Source: Tubiluchus corallicola
Lineage: Eukaryota > Animalia > Priapulida
Reading direction: 5' to 3'
NCBI GenBank assembly: GCA_030141605.1
Contig: JAQGDQ010000042.1
Coordinates: 62,001-126,000 of the forward strand
Length of the DNA stretch: 64,000 bases
Position 1 is the stretch's first letter, and every line of letters starts with the position of its first letter. Below the pieces are notes generated by a model. It was not told where the DNA came from. It saw only the letters and a list, made by a program, of their open reading frames with translations, and made no database searches. This document shows positions 51,801 through 63,106 of this stretch, one piece after another. The position numbers and the translations under genes are program-made.

Positions 51801-54098
51801 TCTGTGACTGTAAGTGAACTACAACAGCTTAATTTTTCACAATTGTCTCTCCATGAGAAAGTTGCAGTTAAGAAAAGAGGCCGTTCAACACCTGATCTTC
51901 AGATATAACTACAACATTAAAATTACATATGTTTGTTACGTTTTACACAGTATTAAAACAATGACTAAAATTTTCTGAAGCAGCACCCCCTCTAATTTTG
52001 GCTAAGAGTCGCCACTGCTAATCCTGTTACATTAAATGCAAAAAGATATTTCTTTTATTAAAATAAAGCATTGGGTGACTCGAAAGAAGTGATTAAGAAA
52101 ACTATGAAAGATTTGTACTTCTGAAATTCAGGTATGTGGACCTACAAACTTGTGTAGACAGTATCCACCAATGTTTTATTTAGCCTATAGTTTACTTCAA
52201 AAGCCAGTTCAAGGTGACAATTCTTATTACCAATATACCAATGTAGTATAATACATATAATATAGAGATGATAATCTTAAATAAGATATAGCCTACCAAT
52301 TTATGATGAGCAAGACAAATGATTATCAGCTCAGACCAAAAGGTTAACTTGAAAGACCTGAGCCTAACAGGCAATTTGGAATAACATGGTGCAGGAGGTG
52401 CAACACAATGGAAGGAAAGCATGAATGTGAAGATGTGGTGAGAAAGATGATGAAATAATGGAGAATGAAAAGATGTTAGGATTAGGTTTAAAAATTTAGT
52501 AGTTAATGAGATATATTAAACTTATTAGTTATTACTGGTGGAAGTTTTAAACTTAAATAGCTGTGTTTATCTCATTAAAGCATTTTTGCTTGTACTAAAA
52601 CTGTGGATATTAGTAGAGTATACGAAAAAGAATATTTCAGATAAATTTTTACGAAGGCTATTGAGATTTTTTTTGTTAATAGTATGATTGACCCAAGGGT
52701 GGACATACTAACAGCATCATGGTCACCGTTTACTGAAGTTGACTGGGTAATGCCTTTACTGACTGAGCTGTCTGACTGGCGTGCAAAGTTAGATCAGATT
52801 GAAGCTAAACTGGCTGCCAATGCTAACGACACACATGTTGTATTCGTTGCTGATTTTCCTGGTATATTTTTATGCATATATGTTGTAGTTTACTTTCAAC
52901 ACTTTTTTGAATGTTTTGCATTAATAAAAGCAACTATCACTTTCTAATCATTTGCTGTGTATCTGGTTCATATTTATTGTTTTCTTGTGTAGCATTCTTT
53001 AATAGATGAACAAAATGTAACCATTAGTTCATTTTAGCTGTCCTGTGACCATTTATAAAGTACTATAAACATATTTTGTGTGAATTCAAATGTTTAGAGT
53101 TATTCTTGGAGAACTATATTGAAGAGGATTTGGGGAATGTTACCCTGACAGTCTTAAAAGGTGATGTTATGGTGGAGAAGACCAGACACAATGTAACATT
53201 ACACAAAGGAGACGAAATCTCGGTATGTTTGAAGATATTTAATTTTATTATTTTATCATCAAAATATTTCCTAAACAAATTAATGTTGGTATGGACCCAC
53301 ATTTAACTGCTTTTTGAAACCAAACTTTTAAAAAAGGACACGTGAAAAAGTTGGAACGCAGCCTGGATTTGAACCAAAGACCTTCTACTTACAAGGCACA
53401 TGCCATAACCACTAAGTTACTGTGTTCTACATCAATCATAATAGAGCAGTATTCATCCCTTTTAGCTGGCCAGCCATTTTCGCCAGCACTTTCAATGTTA
53501 GCGAATCTTTGCTAATAATTTTGATGTTAGGATTATGAATAACTAATTCCATGAAATAGTACTAAAAGTAAAAATGTACTAAAATGGAGTTAGTGTACTA
53601 AAATAGAGTGTTTCTTTAATTGTTCTGTTTAGATTACGTCTGGAGCATCTCACCTGGTACATACTGTATCATCATATCCATCATGCTACCTTTACACATA
53701 CGTCAACATCACAGACATTGAATTGCAGAAAAATGTTAGCATTTTTGAGGAGCAGTTAATTCTTGCAAACAGTTCTGAAGGTATTGATGTTGCAGTAACA
53801 TCAGTAATATCTCAGTAGGCAGCATGTTATTCCGTTCTTATTAAAAAAATACTGGTTTTTATTGCACTTAGTGCTTGCGTTTCTTTTGTAACTTAAGTTT
53901 AGTGCGTGCTAGGGCATCCCTGTAAGGCCAAAAGTATTAATTGTTATTGATATTGGAGATATTAAATGTTAAAGGCTTTTTGTAAATTTGAATATCTTTA
54001 TATGCAGTAATAGGTTACATAATTCAGAAGAGAAAAAGATTTTAGATCTGTATAATTTCTTGTGATTTTACTCGATTGCCTCCTTTAAGTTTATCAGC

Positions 54099-54135
<37 letters not shown>

Positions 54136-55439
54136 TTAAAACTACTAAAATCTTTTGAAAATCTTATTTAACTATCAATATTTATTATTACAGTTTGTGT
54201 CAAAAAGCACAATTTGACTTGTAGCTCAAAGTAGCTAAGAAGTCGCTAATTTATTTCTTGTAATGAATTTGTGTCAGCTACTTGGAGTTTTAACTTACAG
54301 ATTCGACAGCAAAGTTAAAGGACTTACTGAATAGCACTGTAAACGTAGATAAGTATATGCAAGTGCTAGAGCAAAGACAAAAAGAAAAGGTTAAAGAACA
54401 AATGAGTGTGCCAGCTATACTGAAGAAATTTTTGTCCCGCAAGTTAAAGATGTTCTTGGACAGGTGTGATTGTTCTCTTTTTGCTATTTTCTATAGTAAT
54501 TTTAAGAAAATTCCAGATATTTAATTATTTTTATTTAGAAATAGTTCGTGTAATAGATCTGCAGGTTATGCATGTTGTAATAGATCTGCAGGTTATGCAT
54601 CTTGTAAAATTATATTGGTGATATCTTTATCCAGTGAGGTGGTAGAAATAGCACGATTATTAAACTTTTTCATAAACTTTCTGGAGTTTTTAGGGAACGT
54701 ATCTTTAGAAGTATATATATTAATTAATAATAGTGTTTTAAAAATATGAACACTAATGATATTAAAAAACATGGTGCAGCACTTTATTTTTACGTTTCGG
54801 CTGTGCAAGCAGCCATCACTAACCCTCTGATAATTTAAGCTTACAATGAATGAATGAATTTTATTTGCATTTTTAACACAGTAATAATGCACAAATAAAT
54901 AGTAAAAAGTTAAAAGCAACTAGCGCTAGCAATGCGAGAAAAAAATCTGATGCATAAAATATCAATTACTTTCAACTTTATAACAGCGACTTAAGGAACC
55001 CCACAAATTAGTACAATAAAAGTATTGATCATTTAAAACTCTTTATAAAATTACAACTGATAAGCAAAAAAAAATTGGGTGAGAAAAAGACACAAGAACA
55101 ATTGATCTACATTAGAAAAACAAGGTGGCTAAGAAAGTTCTGATATAGATACACTCTATTTGACTGTTGTAGGTTGATGATGATGGTGGCTTCCATTTGG
55201 ACAGTCAAAACATATCAGATAATATTCTGCATCATGCTTCTTCTACATCGTTAGTACTTTTAATCAGTCTTTGTTTGTTACCTAATAATGATTTTGTTTT
55301 AAAATTTAGTTGGTACATGTTGGTTCAAGCTGTGATAAGCATCACAACTGGCGTTCCTCTGAAAGCTTTGTTAAATGCAACCAGTCACGTTTACTCTGGA
55401 AGAGAAGAGATATCAATGCCTGTGTTATCACCTTCTTGA
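36867..55439 (+). CDS. GGCX: Vitamin K-dependent gamma-glutamyl carboxylase, 14 coding exons, 744 aa
   Basis: Exons 36867-37035, 37542-37697, 38100-38265, 39666-39851, 46737-46900, 48013-48194, 48969-49151, 49574-49705, 50749-50900, 52683-52861, 53098-53222, 53633-53780, 54301-54463, 55310-55439 join in frame (2235 nt). Motifs [76 protein letters not shown]. In-frame TGA upstream of the ATG. Confidence 0.95.
38879..39030 (+). repeat. 77-bp tandem duplication containing a Pol III B-box-like motif
   Basis: tcaaaccatcat.ctgccactctctccacctctgggtttgaatcccactcta.tgactcgtgttttttcaagtca at 38879 and 38956. GGTTTGAATCCC resembles a B box (possible SINE remnant). Confidence 0.85.
41803..42687 (+). CDS. 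BTB/POZ + BACK domain protein (BTBD1/2/3/6-like, no PHR domain), intronless, nested in GGCX intron 39852-46736
   Basis: 294-aa ORF with BTB (DLTFLVG...[15 protein letters not shown]...[14 protein letters not shown]) and BACK ([19 protein letters not shown]...[13 protein letters not shown]...GVLTDEEV). Candidate acceptor near 41757, AATAAA near 42953. Confidence 0.88.
   Translation: MGDRIFTNRRGEPCTMREMLDGLPDWSERFRCMYEKKLLMDLTFLVGPDEIQVKACKFMLAHRSRVFRNMLREYEPDESVRVSLPGEDPEAFRRFIKYLYLDELENADDIDALISYARLAVKYGIKDMQDHLYILHMKNVVNETNVCSLLEATSGFYRADCMEHWLAYIDAHCQEVIHAEGFSSLSYNNVLQIVQREALCVNELDLFNAVMCWAAAECQRQTLDSTPENHRAVLTEILSHIRFPVMDLQEFASGPARIGVLTDEEVTNVFISVRAPSSTVPLFPHRKRGYSDDS
44189..44290 (+). 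repeat. 34-bp tandem repeat, 3 copies
   Basis: ctgagtaaattatatttaat.attatatgaaatc at 44189, 44223 and 44257. Confidence 0.9.
51392..52017 (+). mobile_element. Internally deleted hAT transposon with perfect 8-bp TSD and residual transposase N-terminus
   Basis: TIRs CAGTGGC...GCCACTG; TSD ctaatcct on both sides (51384-51391, 52018-52025); subterminal gcagcaccccct at both ends; internal frame [25 protein letters not shown] resembles ZMYM1-like hAT transposase N-termini. Confidence 0.85.
53354..53426 (-). pseudogene. tRNA-Thr(TGT)-like pseudogene or tRNA-derived SINE head
   Basis: Minus strand reads AACACAG TA ACTTAGTGGTTATGGC A TGTGC CTTGTAA GTAGA AGGTC TTTGG TTCAAAT CCAGG CTGCGTT C. A box, B box and cloverleaf spacing are present, but acceptor, D and anticodon stems contain mismatches. 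Confidence 0.65.
54103..54134 (+). repeat. (AAT)n microsatellite
   Basis: About 10 consecutive AAT units. Confidence 0.95.
54549..54607 (+). repeat. 27-bp tandem duplication
   Basis: tgtaatagatctgcaggttatgcat occurs twice, head-to-tail. Confidence 0.9.
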
Positions 55440-57942
55440 GTAATGATCACATTAACTTGAAAACTGTGCCCATCATGCTTAAATGTTCACATTAGATTAA
55501 GTGTTTGTACATGTAATTGATTTTCTTCACAGATAGCTTTGCCCTAATTAGAGACGGACAAATAACAAAAAAAATGTTTCAACTTATTTCTCTACGATTT
55601 TAAAACAACCCTATTACTCTGCTCTCATTTCTTGTAAATGCATTTTGAATCAGAAACGGCTTTGTTCATTTGCCAATTTGCAACTGTTTTGCAGAGCAAA
55701 CTAAAAATGAACATTTTAAGTGCAAATTTACACAGTAGCTTTTTCTCAAGTTTAGTATTACAGAACAATTGTCACATTGGATTTTAGTGTATTTTTATGT
55801 TAGTGATTATCGACTTCTCGTGCTTTCTGTCTACACTCATTAAAATTTTCATTGATTAAATGTCTTGATCTATCAAAACTTGTACTCTATAGCTTTTATT
55901 CACATTTTCCTAAAATCTTGAAACATTATAGTTAGTTAATTGACTACTTATATAGTTGTTCTTAAAATCAATTGAAAAATATGGTTAATTGATTGAATTT
56001 ATTTATGTTGTATGCAAAACCCCAAAAATTATGATTTTGTTTTCTCTATAAATTTATTTATTTATTATTCATAATTTATACCACTGATCAGTATTATATC
56101 TCATCGTTTTACCTATGAATGTGTATATTTTTTGATGAATTTAAGATATTATATACTGCTTTGTATGGTTGTGCTTCAGACTGCTTCCCATTAAACTGTT
56201 TTCTGTGCAAAGAAAAATACTTTCTTGCCTTTGAAGTGTTTAGAAACCGTGTCTTTGATATACATGCTGTTTATTTTACTGCAGTGGCTAGACTAAGCCT
56301 GTCGAAAGACAAACTAAAGAAAGTTTACAGAATTTTTTGTAACAGGAAAAAACGGTTTATCATTGGAAAGAAGGTAATAAAGTCCTTACATGTTCATAAA
56401 TTAATTGTCATGAGACATGTTCTATAATGATTATCACAAGAAATCTTAAAATGCCACATTTTTTACCCATAATAGTCTGTTTATATCACTGTATAGAATG
56501 TACATTGAAGTTTGACGAAACTTGTGCATACAGAAACTTCTTAGAGACGAACAGTCGTTAAAAATTAATTAAATCTGTTAATTCACTATTCCACGAAATG
56601 ATGAAAAACCTGAGAAATTTAAAAAATTGAAAAATTAATAATACACTTCGATCACCGCAATTTGATCTGCATTGTTGTATTAAACATAAACATTTCATAA
56701 CATCAACAATCACCGGTCACAACTAAAAGTGACAAGGTTTTACACTATTTATCGCTCTACAGTCTACCACACCCGATTTTACACACGAATCAAGCAATTA
56801 ATAATTTTGCAACCATGTCTCTTAATTTTTCCTATTTTGCTTCCCTAGTGTCAAGTATAACTAAAGTATAATAAGTGTCAAGCTACACTTGACAAAATAC
56901 CTTGGCTGTTATAATGTAATCTGTGTTCAAAGTAATTAGTTAAATACATGAAAATTAAATAAAGCCTACAGTGTACTATTTAACACACTTAAGGATGAAC
57001 CACAGTCTATCAGTAGAACTACAACATTCCACAACTGCAGTACTACAAAATTTAATGACTATGCAACCAATTTTACTAGTACACAAGATAGGGTACACAT
57101 ATAACAAACCACTATTATCTCAAATATTTTCCAATTACAATGTGTTATTCTCGTGTCTGAGCAAACTGAATATCAAACAATGAAAATTTGCAGCAGATAT
57201 TCCTAATTGCAGCAGACAAGTTTAGGTTCCTATACTAGTAGCATAAAATAGCAAAAATGTTAGCTTTATTTACAGACTATAATAAAATTGTGAACTTAAA
57301 TTAATTCAAAAGAAAAAAGCAATATAGCCGAAGTTACCCTTCAAATTAGACTGACAGTTAAGCTAAGACTACGTCACAAATGAATGATAAAACAAGATAG
57401 AATTGATTTAAATTTTTCTGCTACTCATAAACATGCTGAATAATCAGAAAGATTTTACATCCAGTAATAATTAACCAACAAATACATAATTCATCCCTGA
57501 TATATCTGTTGAAGATCGTCTACAGTGGTCCCCATAGTAGACCCTATCTGTAATATCTAAATGCAAAAGCATTTACCAAATATTTAAAACTAATTCTCAC
57601 TAATTTTGTAAAAGCAGTTAACTGCTTGGCCTTTATAGGAATTTACAGGAATGGTCAATTTATAAGCAAAGGTTAAAAAGTTATAGTCAAGAAAAATCAC
57701 TGCATTACACTGACATGGATGTGTTGCAGTCTAAAATTAGGTAGTCGTCAACATGAAGTATTTAATTTCTGTTGCCTCGTATACAGAAATATCAAAAGCT
57801 CGCCCAAGAGGGATTTTAAAATAATTTTACCTTGGACTTGGTAAGCATTACAAGCACAGTAACTGCCAGTGATGCTTATTAAACAACAGGCTGCAACTAA
57901 CAAGCAGCAATTTTATGAAGGCCCAGTTGATTCATTATCAGA

Positions 57943-60900
57943 TTAATCTTGGTGTGTAAAATGCCCTTCAATGGGACCCATTTCTACATAAATAGTTTTT
58001 AGCTGAGTATATTGATCAATGGCTGCGCAGCCATTTTCTCTGCCAATCCCTGACATCTTGTAACCTCCAAAGGGTACCTCTGGGGGATAGATATTGTAGT
58101 TGTTGATGCAAATGCCTCCTGCCTGTAGATGATGTGCAACTCTGTGTGCTCTCTTTATGTCTCGTGTAAACACTCCTCCTGCAAGACCGTATGGCGTAAA
58201 ATTGGCTCTAGTCAGTACCTCCTCTTCTGTGTCAAACGGAAGGATTGTCATGACAGCGCCGAAGACCTCCTTATTGACAATCTCCATATTATCCCGGCAA
58301 TTTGTTAGGATCGTTGGCTGAAAGTAGAACCCATTTTCTAAATGTGGATCGGTTGGGATGAAAGGTTTGCCACCAGTGACGCATTCAGCCCCTTCGTCTA
58401 GTGCCCTATCAACAAATCCCGTAATTTTATCAAGCTGCTTCTTACTTATTGTAGCTCCTACTTTTGTAGCTTCATCCAGCGGATCACCAATTCTCAGTCG
58501 CTCCGTCTCATCTTTTATGCGCGCCAAAAAAGAGTCCAACATTCGGCGCTGAACGTAAACTCTTGTAGCAGCAGTGCATACCTGGCCCTGAGACAAAAAG
58601 TTTGCATTCATAGTCCCAGTTATGGCTGTATCTAAATCTGTATCGTCAAAAATAATTAGAGGGGATTTTCCTCCCAATTCAAGGGTAACATTCTTTATTC
58701 CTTCGGCACAATTTTTCATCACTCGTTTACCAACTTTAACACTGCCAGTGAAAGAGACTTTTGCAACATCTGGATGTTCACACAAACGCTCGCCAGTAGG
58801 TCCTAGTCCTTGCAATATGTTAAAAACCCCTTTTGGCAATCCGGCTTCCTCAAATATTTCAGCAAGAATGATGGCCGTAAGAGGGGTTAATGGCGATGGT
58901 TTAAATATCATGGTATTGCCACAAGCAAGAGCAGGGGCAGCCTTCCAGCTAACAGTTAGAAATGGAAAATTCCAAACTCCAATTCCTACACAAACTCCTA
59001 GCGGTTCTCTCCTGACTATACCAAATGACCCATTTGGAAGGGTTACAGATTGTCCTATTTGAGCAGTTATAGCAGCATGACCTGCCATATAAGACAGGCA
59101 ATCTGCACTAGCTTGAATGTCGACCCTAGCTTCCCAAATGGGTTTACCACAATTTCGTGTTTCAATGTCAGCAATCTGTTCCACCCGCTTTCTAATAATA
59201 CTAGCTGCTTTTTGTAATACAACTCCTCTTTCAACGCCGGGTGTTTCAGACCATTGTTTGAAAGCTGTTTTTGCTGTCTGAAAATAAAACAAAATATATA
59301 GTAATACATAATTGCAAATATAATTAAGACAGCACATGTATTTAGAAAGAGACCACCTTTATCCGTATTTTTGTAATATGTAATTTTGCGGTAACGTAAA
59401 GGAAGCTCTCACTTAAAGATGCATACCATTAACTGACATTTCTTTCTACTAATCAAGCATTGCTGTTATCAATTTGTTCACTTTGTAATGAGTGTCTCAC
59501 ACTAACACCAAATTCCTTGCTTACTAAAACACTCAAACCATTTCTGTTGTGCTGACAACTTCTAAAAAATTGTTAGCAACATAAATTTGCTATTTATGAT
59601 TGGTTTAATGCTCTTCCTAGCAAGCCAGATGTTTACACATTATCTAATATGACGTGCCATACTGCTTGATACTAGTGCATGAAGATGTGCAATGAAACCA
59701 CCTGATCTGATGAAATTTCACCTACATTTTTATTACAGAAACACATTTCCAAAAAATACAAATTATATTATTTTCTAGGGAAGGCATTGCATCATTTATT
59801 AGTGCTTCCTGAAGAACCTTAACACAATCTGGACTACTAAGTGCCTCTAGTGTCCAGTACTACTCGCAATCAGGACTGTGCTAATAGCTGCTCCATTCTT
59901 TATGTAATTCACATTAAAACTGGTAGACGGACAACACAGTATAAGCATAAAGCAAGGAAAAAACTAAAATGTGGTACGAGGCAGATGGAATTTCATGTAT
60001 TAAATGAATGAAAAGCTATAAAATTACTAGTAATTTTACACGAATTATGTAGTCATGCCGTTAACATTGCAAAAAGACTCTTAAAACACGATAAATGTAA
60101 AAACTATTTTTTGCTTTCTACGAAAGTCTGCTTTAATTACAGGACAAGAAAAGGGGTACCTGAAGTAGGTTTCAGAAAAATTGCCTTAAAAAATTATACT
60201 ACTTTACAGCAATTTCATGCACATATTGTATTCGCGCTGAAAGGAATTTTCATTTTAAATCTCCTGAAATACTGTTCCGACGGCGCCATTACATAACGTC
60301 ACTATGCCATGTAAATCAGGGGAAGAAAAGGCAATTTTAAACTATGACCCAAAAAAGCTTTCTGTGCAAATCTATATTACTTAGCATTTCACTTACCTGC
60401 TGCAAAGACTTAAGTAACCAGACTAACAATTTAAAATGTTTGTGCCAATTGGTAAAATGTCGCTGACTTACCCTCCAGGGTTGCGCCACTCACTAGCCAA
60501 AAACGTATTTTCAATCTTATTGACAAGATACAGTAATTTAAAATTTTGCTGAATTAGCAACATGTATGCTAAGAATGCTCTGATTATTTTTTCAACTTTA
60601 CTTAATGTTATCAAAACTTGTTTCAAACGACCTACCATTAAAATGGCTGCGCCTAACGGTCATCGCGTGAGTGTAAATTTACACGTTTTATACAGCGTTA
60701 TGGCCGATGCAAGCCATGCATACGAAAAAGTAGTATGTAAGTGGAATAAAATTTCGAGACGAATTTTTTAAGCTTTATGTAAGTGGAGGGTTTTCTTGTG
60801 CTTTAACTATTTTTGTTGGAAAGATTGCTGTTTTTGCTTCATACCTTCCTGTAATACACAATACAAGAGCTACTTTCTGCTTACATTGTTTTTTGACTTT

Positions 60901-61886
60901 TGAGTTATTATTCAAAACTTATCTTTTGATTGAAAGGTAATGCTATTAATGCATGATTGCACTTAGCGCTATCATGATGTCTGAATATTGCTTTAGTAAG
61001 CCAAATTAATATGAAGACTGTCAGCATGACGATATTGCCGATAAGTGAAGTTATAATGTTGTGATTGACACGGTGCTCGGCCTATTGTAGCTTGTAGTAG
61101 TGGGTGTCCATGTCTGACAAGTTTTTCATTTGCATTTCTTTATGAGAACAAATGTTACAGTTTTGTCAACACTGTTAGCTCTTTTACCAATTGTTTATGT
61201 TAAGCACAAATAATGAACATACATTGGTGATAAGCCATGTATGAAGCGCATGTATGTGCTAATACACGTGTGGTGACCTTGTCATAACACTATGGCATTG
61301 TACAAATATCCGGCCTAGCAGCCGACTAGCAGTCGTTGATTACTCATCTTGCTACAAGAAGGTTCTAGGCCTTGAATTGAATGGCGAATGAAAGATAAAT
61401 GTTAACATAGCTGATAATTTACCACAATTAAAGTAATTGCAAAGATACAGTATATGCTTGATTAAGACCATGGTGCACCAATAATAAAATTTATTAGCAA
61501 TCCTGTATACTGAATTGCTATCAGCTAGGATCATTAAAGGAGAAAGACACTTAATCTTATTTATTATTATTATCATTGTATTGTTTTATCCATTATGTTG
61601 ATTGTTGTAAAATAAACGTATTCTATTCTGTTCTCTGGACTAACGAAATTACCGCAATAGCTTCATCAACGTCTGTCTTTCCAGATCCTGGGCATTCACA
61701 TATGGCGTCACCTGTAGCAGGGTCTAGTACTTGGAAATTTCCTTCAATTTCTCTAGGAGCAACTTGTCTTCCACCAACCCAGTTTAATGCTTCATTTATG
61801 ATTAGGTTGGGCCTTTTGGAATGAGTAGAATGTGTGTAGAAATGACGAACACATGCAGATACACGTTTTCCTGCTGTTCTCCACAT
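57943..61886 (-). CDS. ALDH9A1: ALDH9A1-like 4-trimethylaminobutyraldehyde/betaine aldehyde dehydrogenase, 2 coding exons, 522 aa
   Basis: Exons 61886-61653 and 59277-57943 (phase 0, GT-AG). Motifs WNFP, KPSPLTP, FTGS, LELGGKSP (catalytic Glu), GQVCT (catalytic Cys), EVFG, PFGGYKMSGIGRENG. RREPLGVCVGIG and ANFLSQGQVC are ALDH9-type. Confidence 0.92.
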
Positions 61887-62205
61887 TTTGCTATTGATAT
61901 TTACACCTAAATTAAAAAAATGATTCTATGAAAATTCGCACTAAATTTTTATCTAAAGAAAAACTAAGAAATTACGCCAAGAACATGACATTGTAAAAAC
62001 TTACATACAGTCATATACAAACAGGTTACTTAGCCTGGTAAACATTCATTTTCTTATGATGTCCTTTCTCGGTCGTGAAAGGAGTGTACCAATCTATACC
62101 GGCGTTGTTCTCTTGTTTTTATTTGTGGCTGGATGGCTGACAGAAAGCTGTAGTTTGCTGTACAGTACTTTCTAGCAGGCGGCTTATAACAATAATTTAT
62201 TTACT
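61887..62205. promoter_or_regulatory. Putative bidirectional promoter ALDH9A1/METTL16, including a short ALDH9 5' UTR intron (~61907-62004)
   Basis: Divergent ATGs 319 bp apart. Minus strand shows a GTAAGT donor near 62004 and a T-rich AG acceptor near 61907. Confidence 0.65.
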
Positions 62206-63106
62206 ATGAGGTTTAATGAATTTATGCATCCGCGGAATATCTATAAAGATAATCCCCCGGATTTTAAACAGCTGTCAATCCAAGATCCACAGTTTCGGCA
62301 ATTTTGTTTGTTAGACACAGCGGGAAACGTGACCATCAATTTCAAAGATCCTGAGTCACTCAAAGCATTGTCATGCACGTTGCTAAAACAAGATTTTCAA
62401 CTTGAGATTGAAATTCCAAGTGATAGGTTAATTCCAACGGTACCTGGCAGATTAAACTACATTTTATGGTTAGAGGATATATTAGAAAAAGATGTTGGGG
62501 AAAGCACAAACGGCGTCGATGTAGGTAATTGGTGTTAACACAGCACAAGCTGTTAATAAAATCGTTTGGTTAAATAGTCTAAGCGGTTATTGAAAAGTTG
62601 GCCTTAAACTAATGAGTAAGGAAAATAACGGCTTTGGCGAAATAACCAAGGCTCACAGTTAATCTGTGACAAATTTTTTTGGGGTCCAGGTTGCCCTCGG
62701 GTGACCCGCCTACTTTTGCGGGATGCCCTTGTTGTAGCGATCTGCCCTATTTTATTATCTAAAAGTATTTTGTATTGAGGTATTTGTTAAAGTATAATGC
62801 CTAAAAGAAAGTGCTGTGGAAATTTATTGTACAACAGTGACAATTCTAGTTTGCAGATTTATACTGTCACAAATGATATCAACTGGACAGAAATTTTGAA
62901 CTATCTAGTCTTAATTAGTCTCATACCACTATGAATATACTGTACATTTTTTTAAAATGTTGTAGGTTGTGGTGCATCATGTATCTACCCACTGCTGGGT
63001 GCAAAACAGAATGGCTGGCACTTCACAGCCACTGAACTGGATTCTGTTTCATATGACTGTGCTGTCAGTAATGTCACAAAGAACAAGTTAGACAATTATA
63101 TAATAG
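62206..63106 (+). CDS. METTL16: METTL16 U6 snRNA/mRNA m6A methyltransferase, first two coding exons (partial)
   Basis: Exons 62206-62524 and 62966-63106: MHPRNIYKDNPPDF, LLKQDFQL, RLIPTVPGRLNYILWLEDIL, SAM-binding GVDVGCGASCIYPLLG, GWHFTATE. Gene continues beyond the last exon I can identify. Confidence 0.93.

Noticed and set aside
22361-55439. PIGB + GGCX as a functional cluster of ER enzymes
   Set aside because: Different pathways and separate promoters; adjacency alone is not evidence.
58358-59309. ORFs 58358-58552, 58622-59062 and 59067-59309
   Set aside because: Antisense or off-frame shadows of the ALDH9 exon with no recognisable domain.
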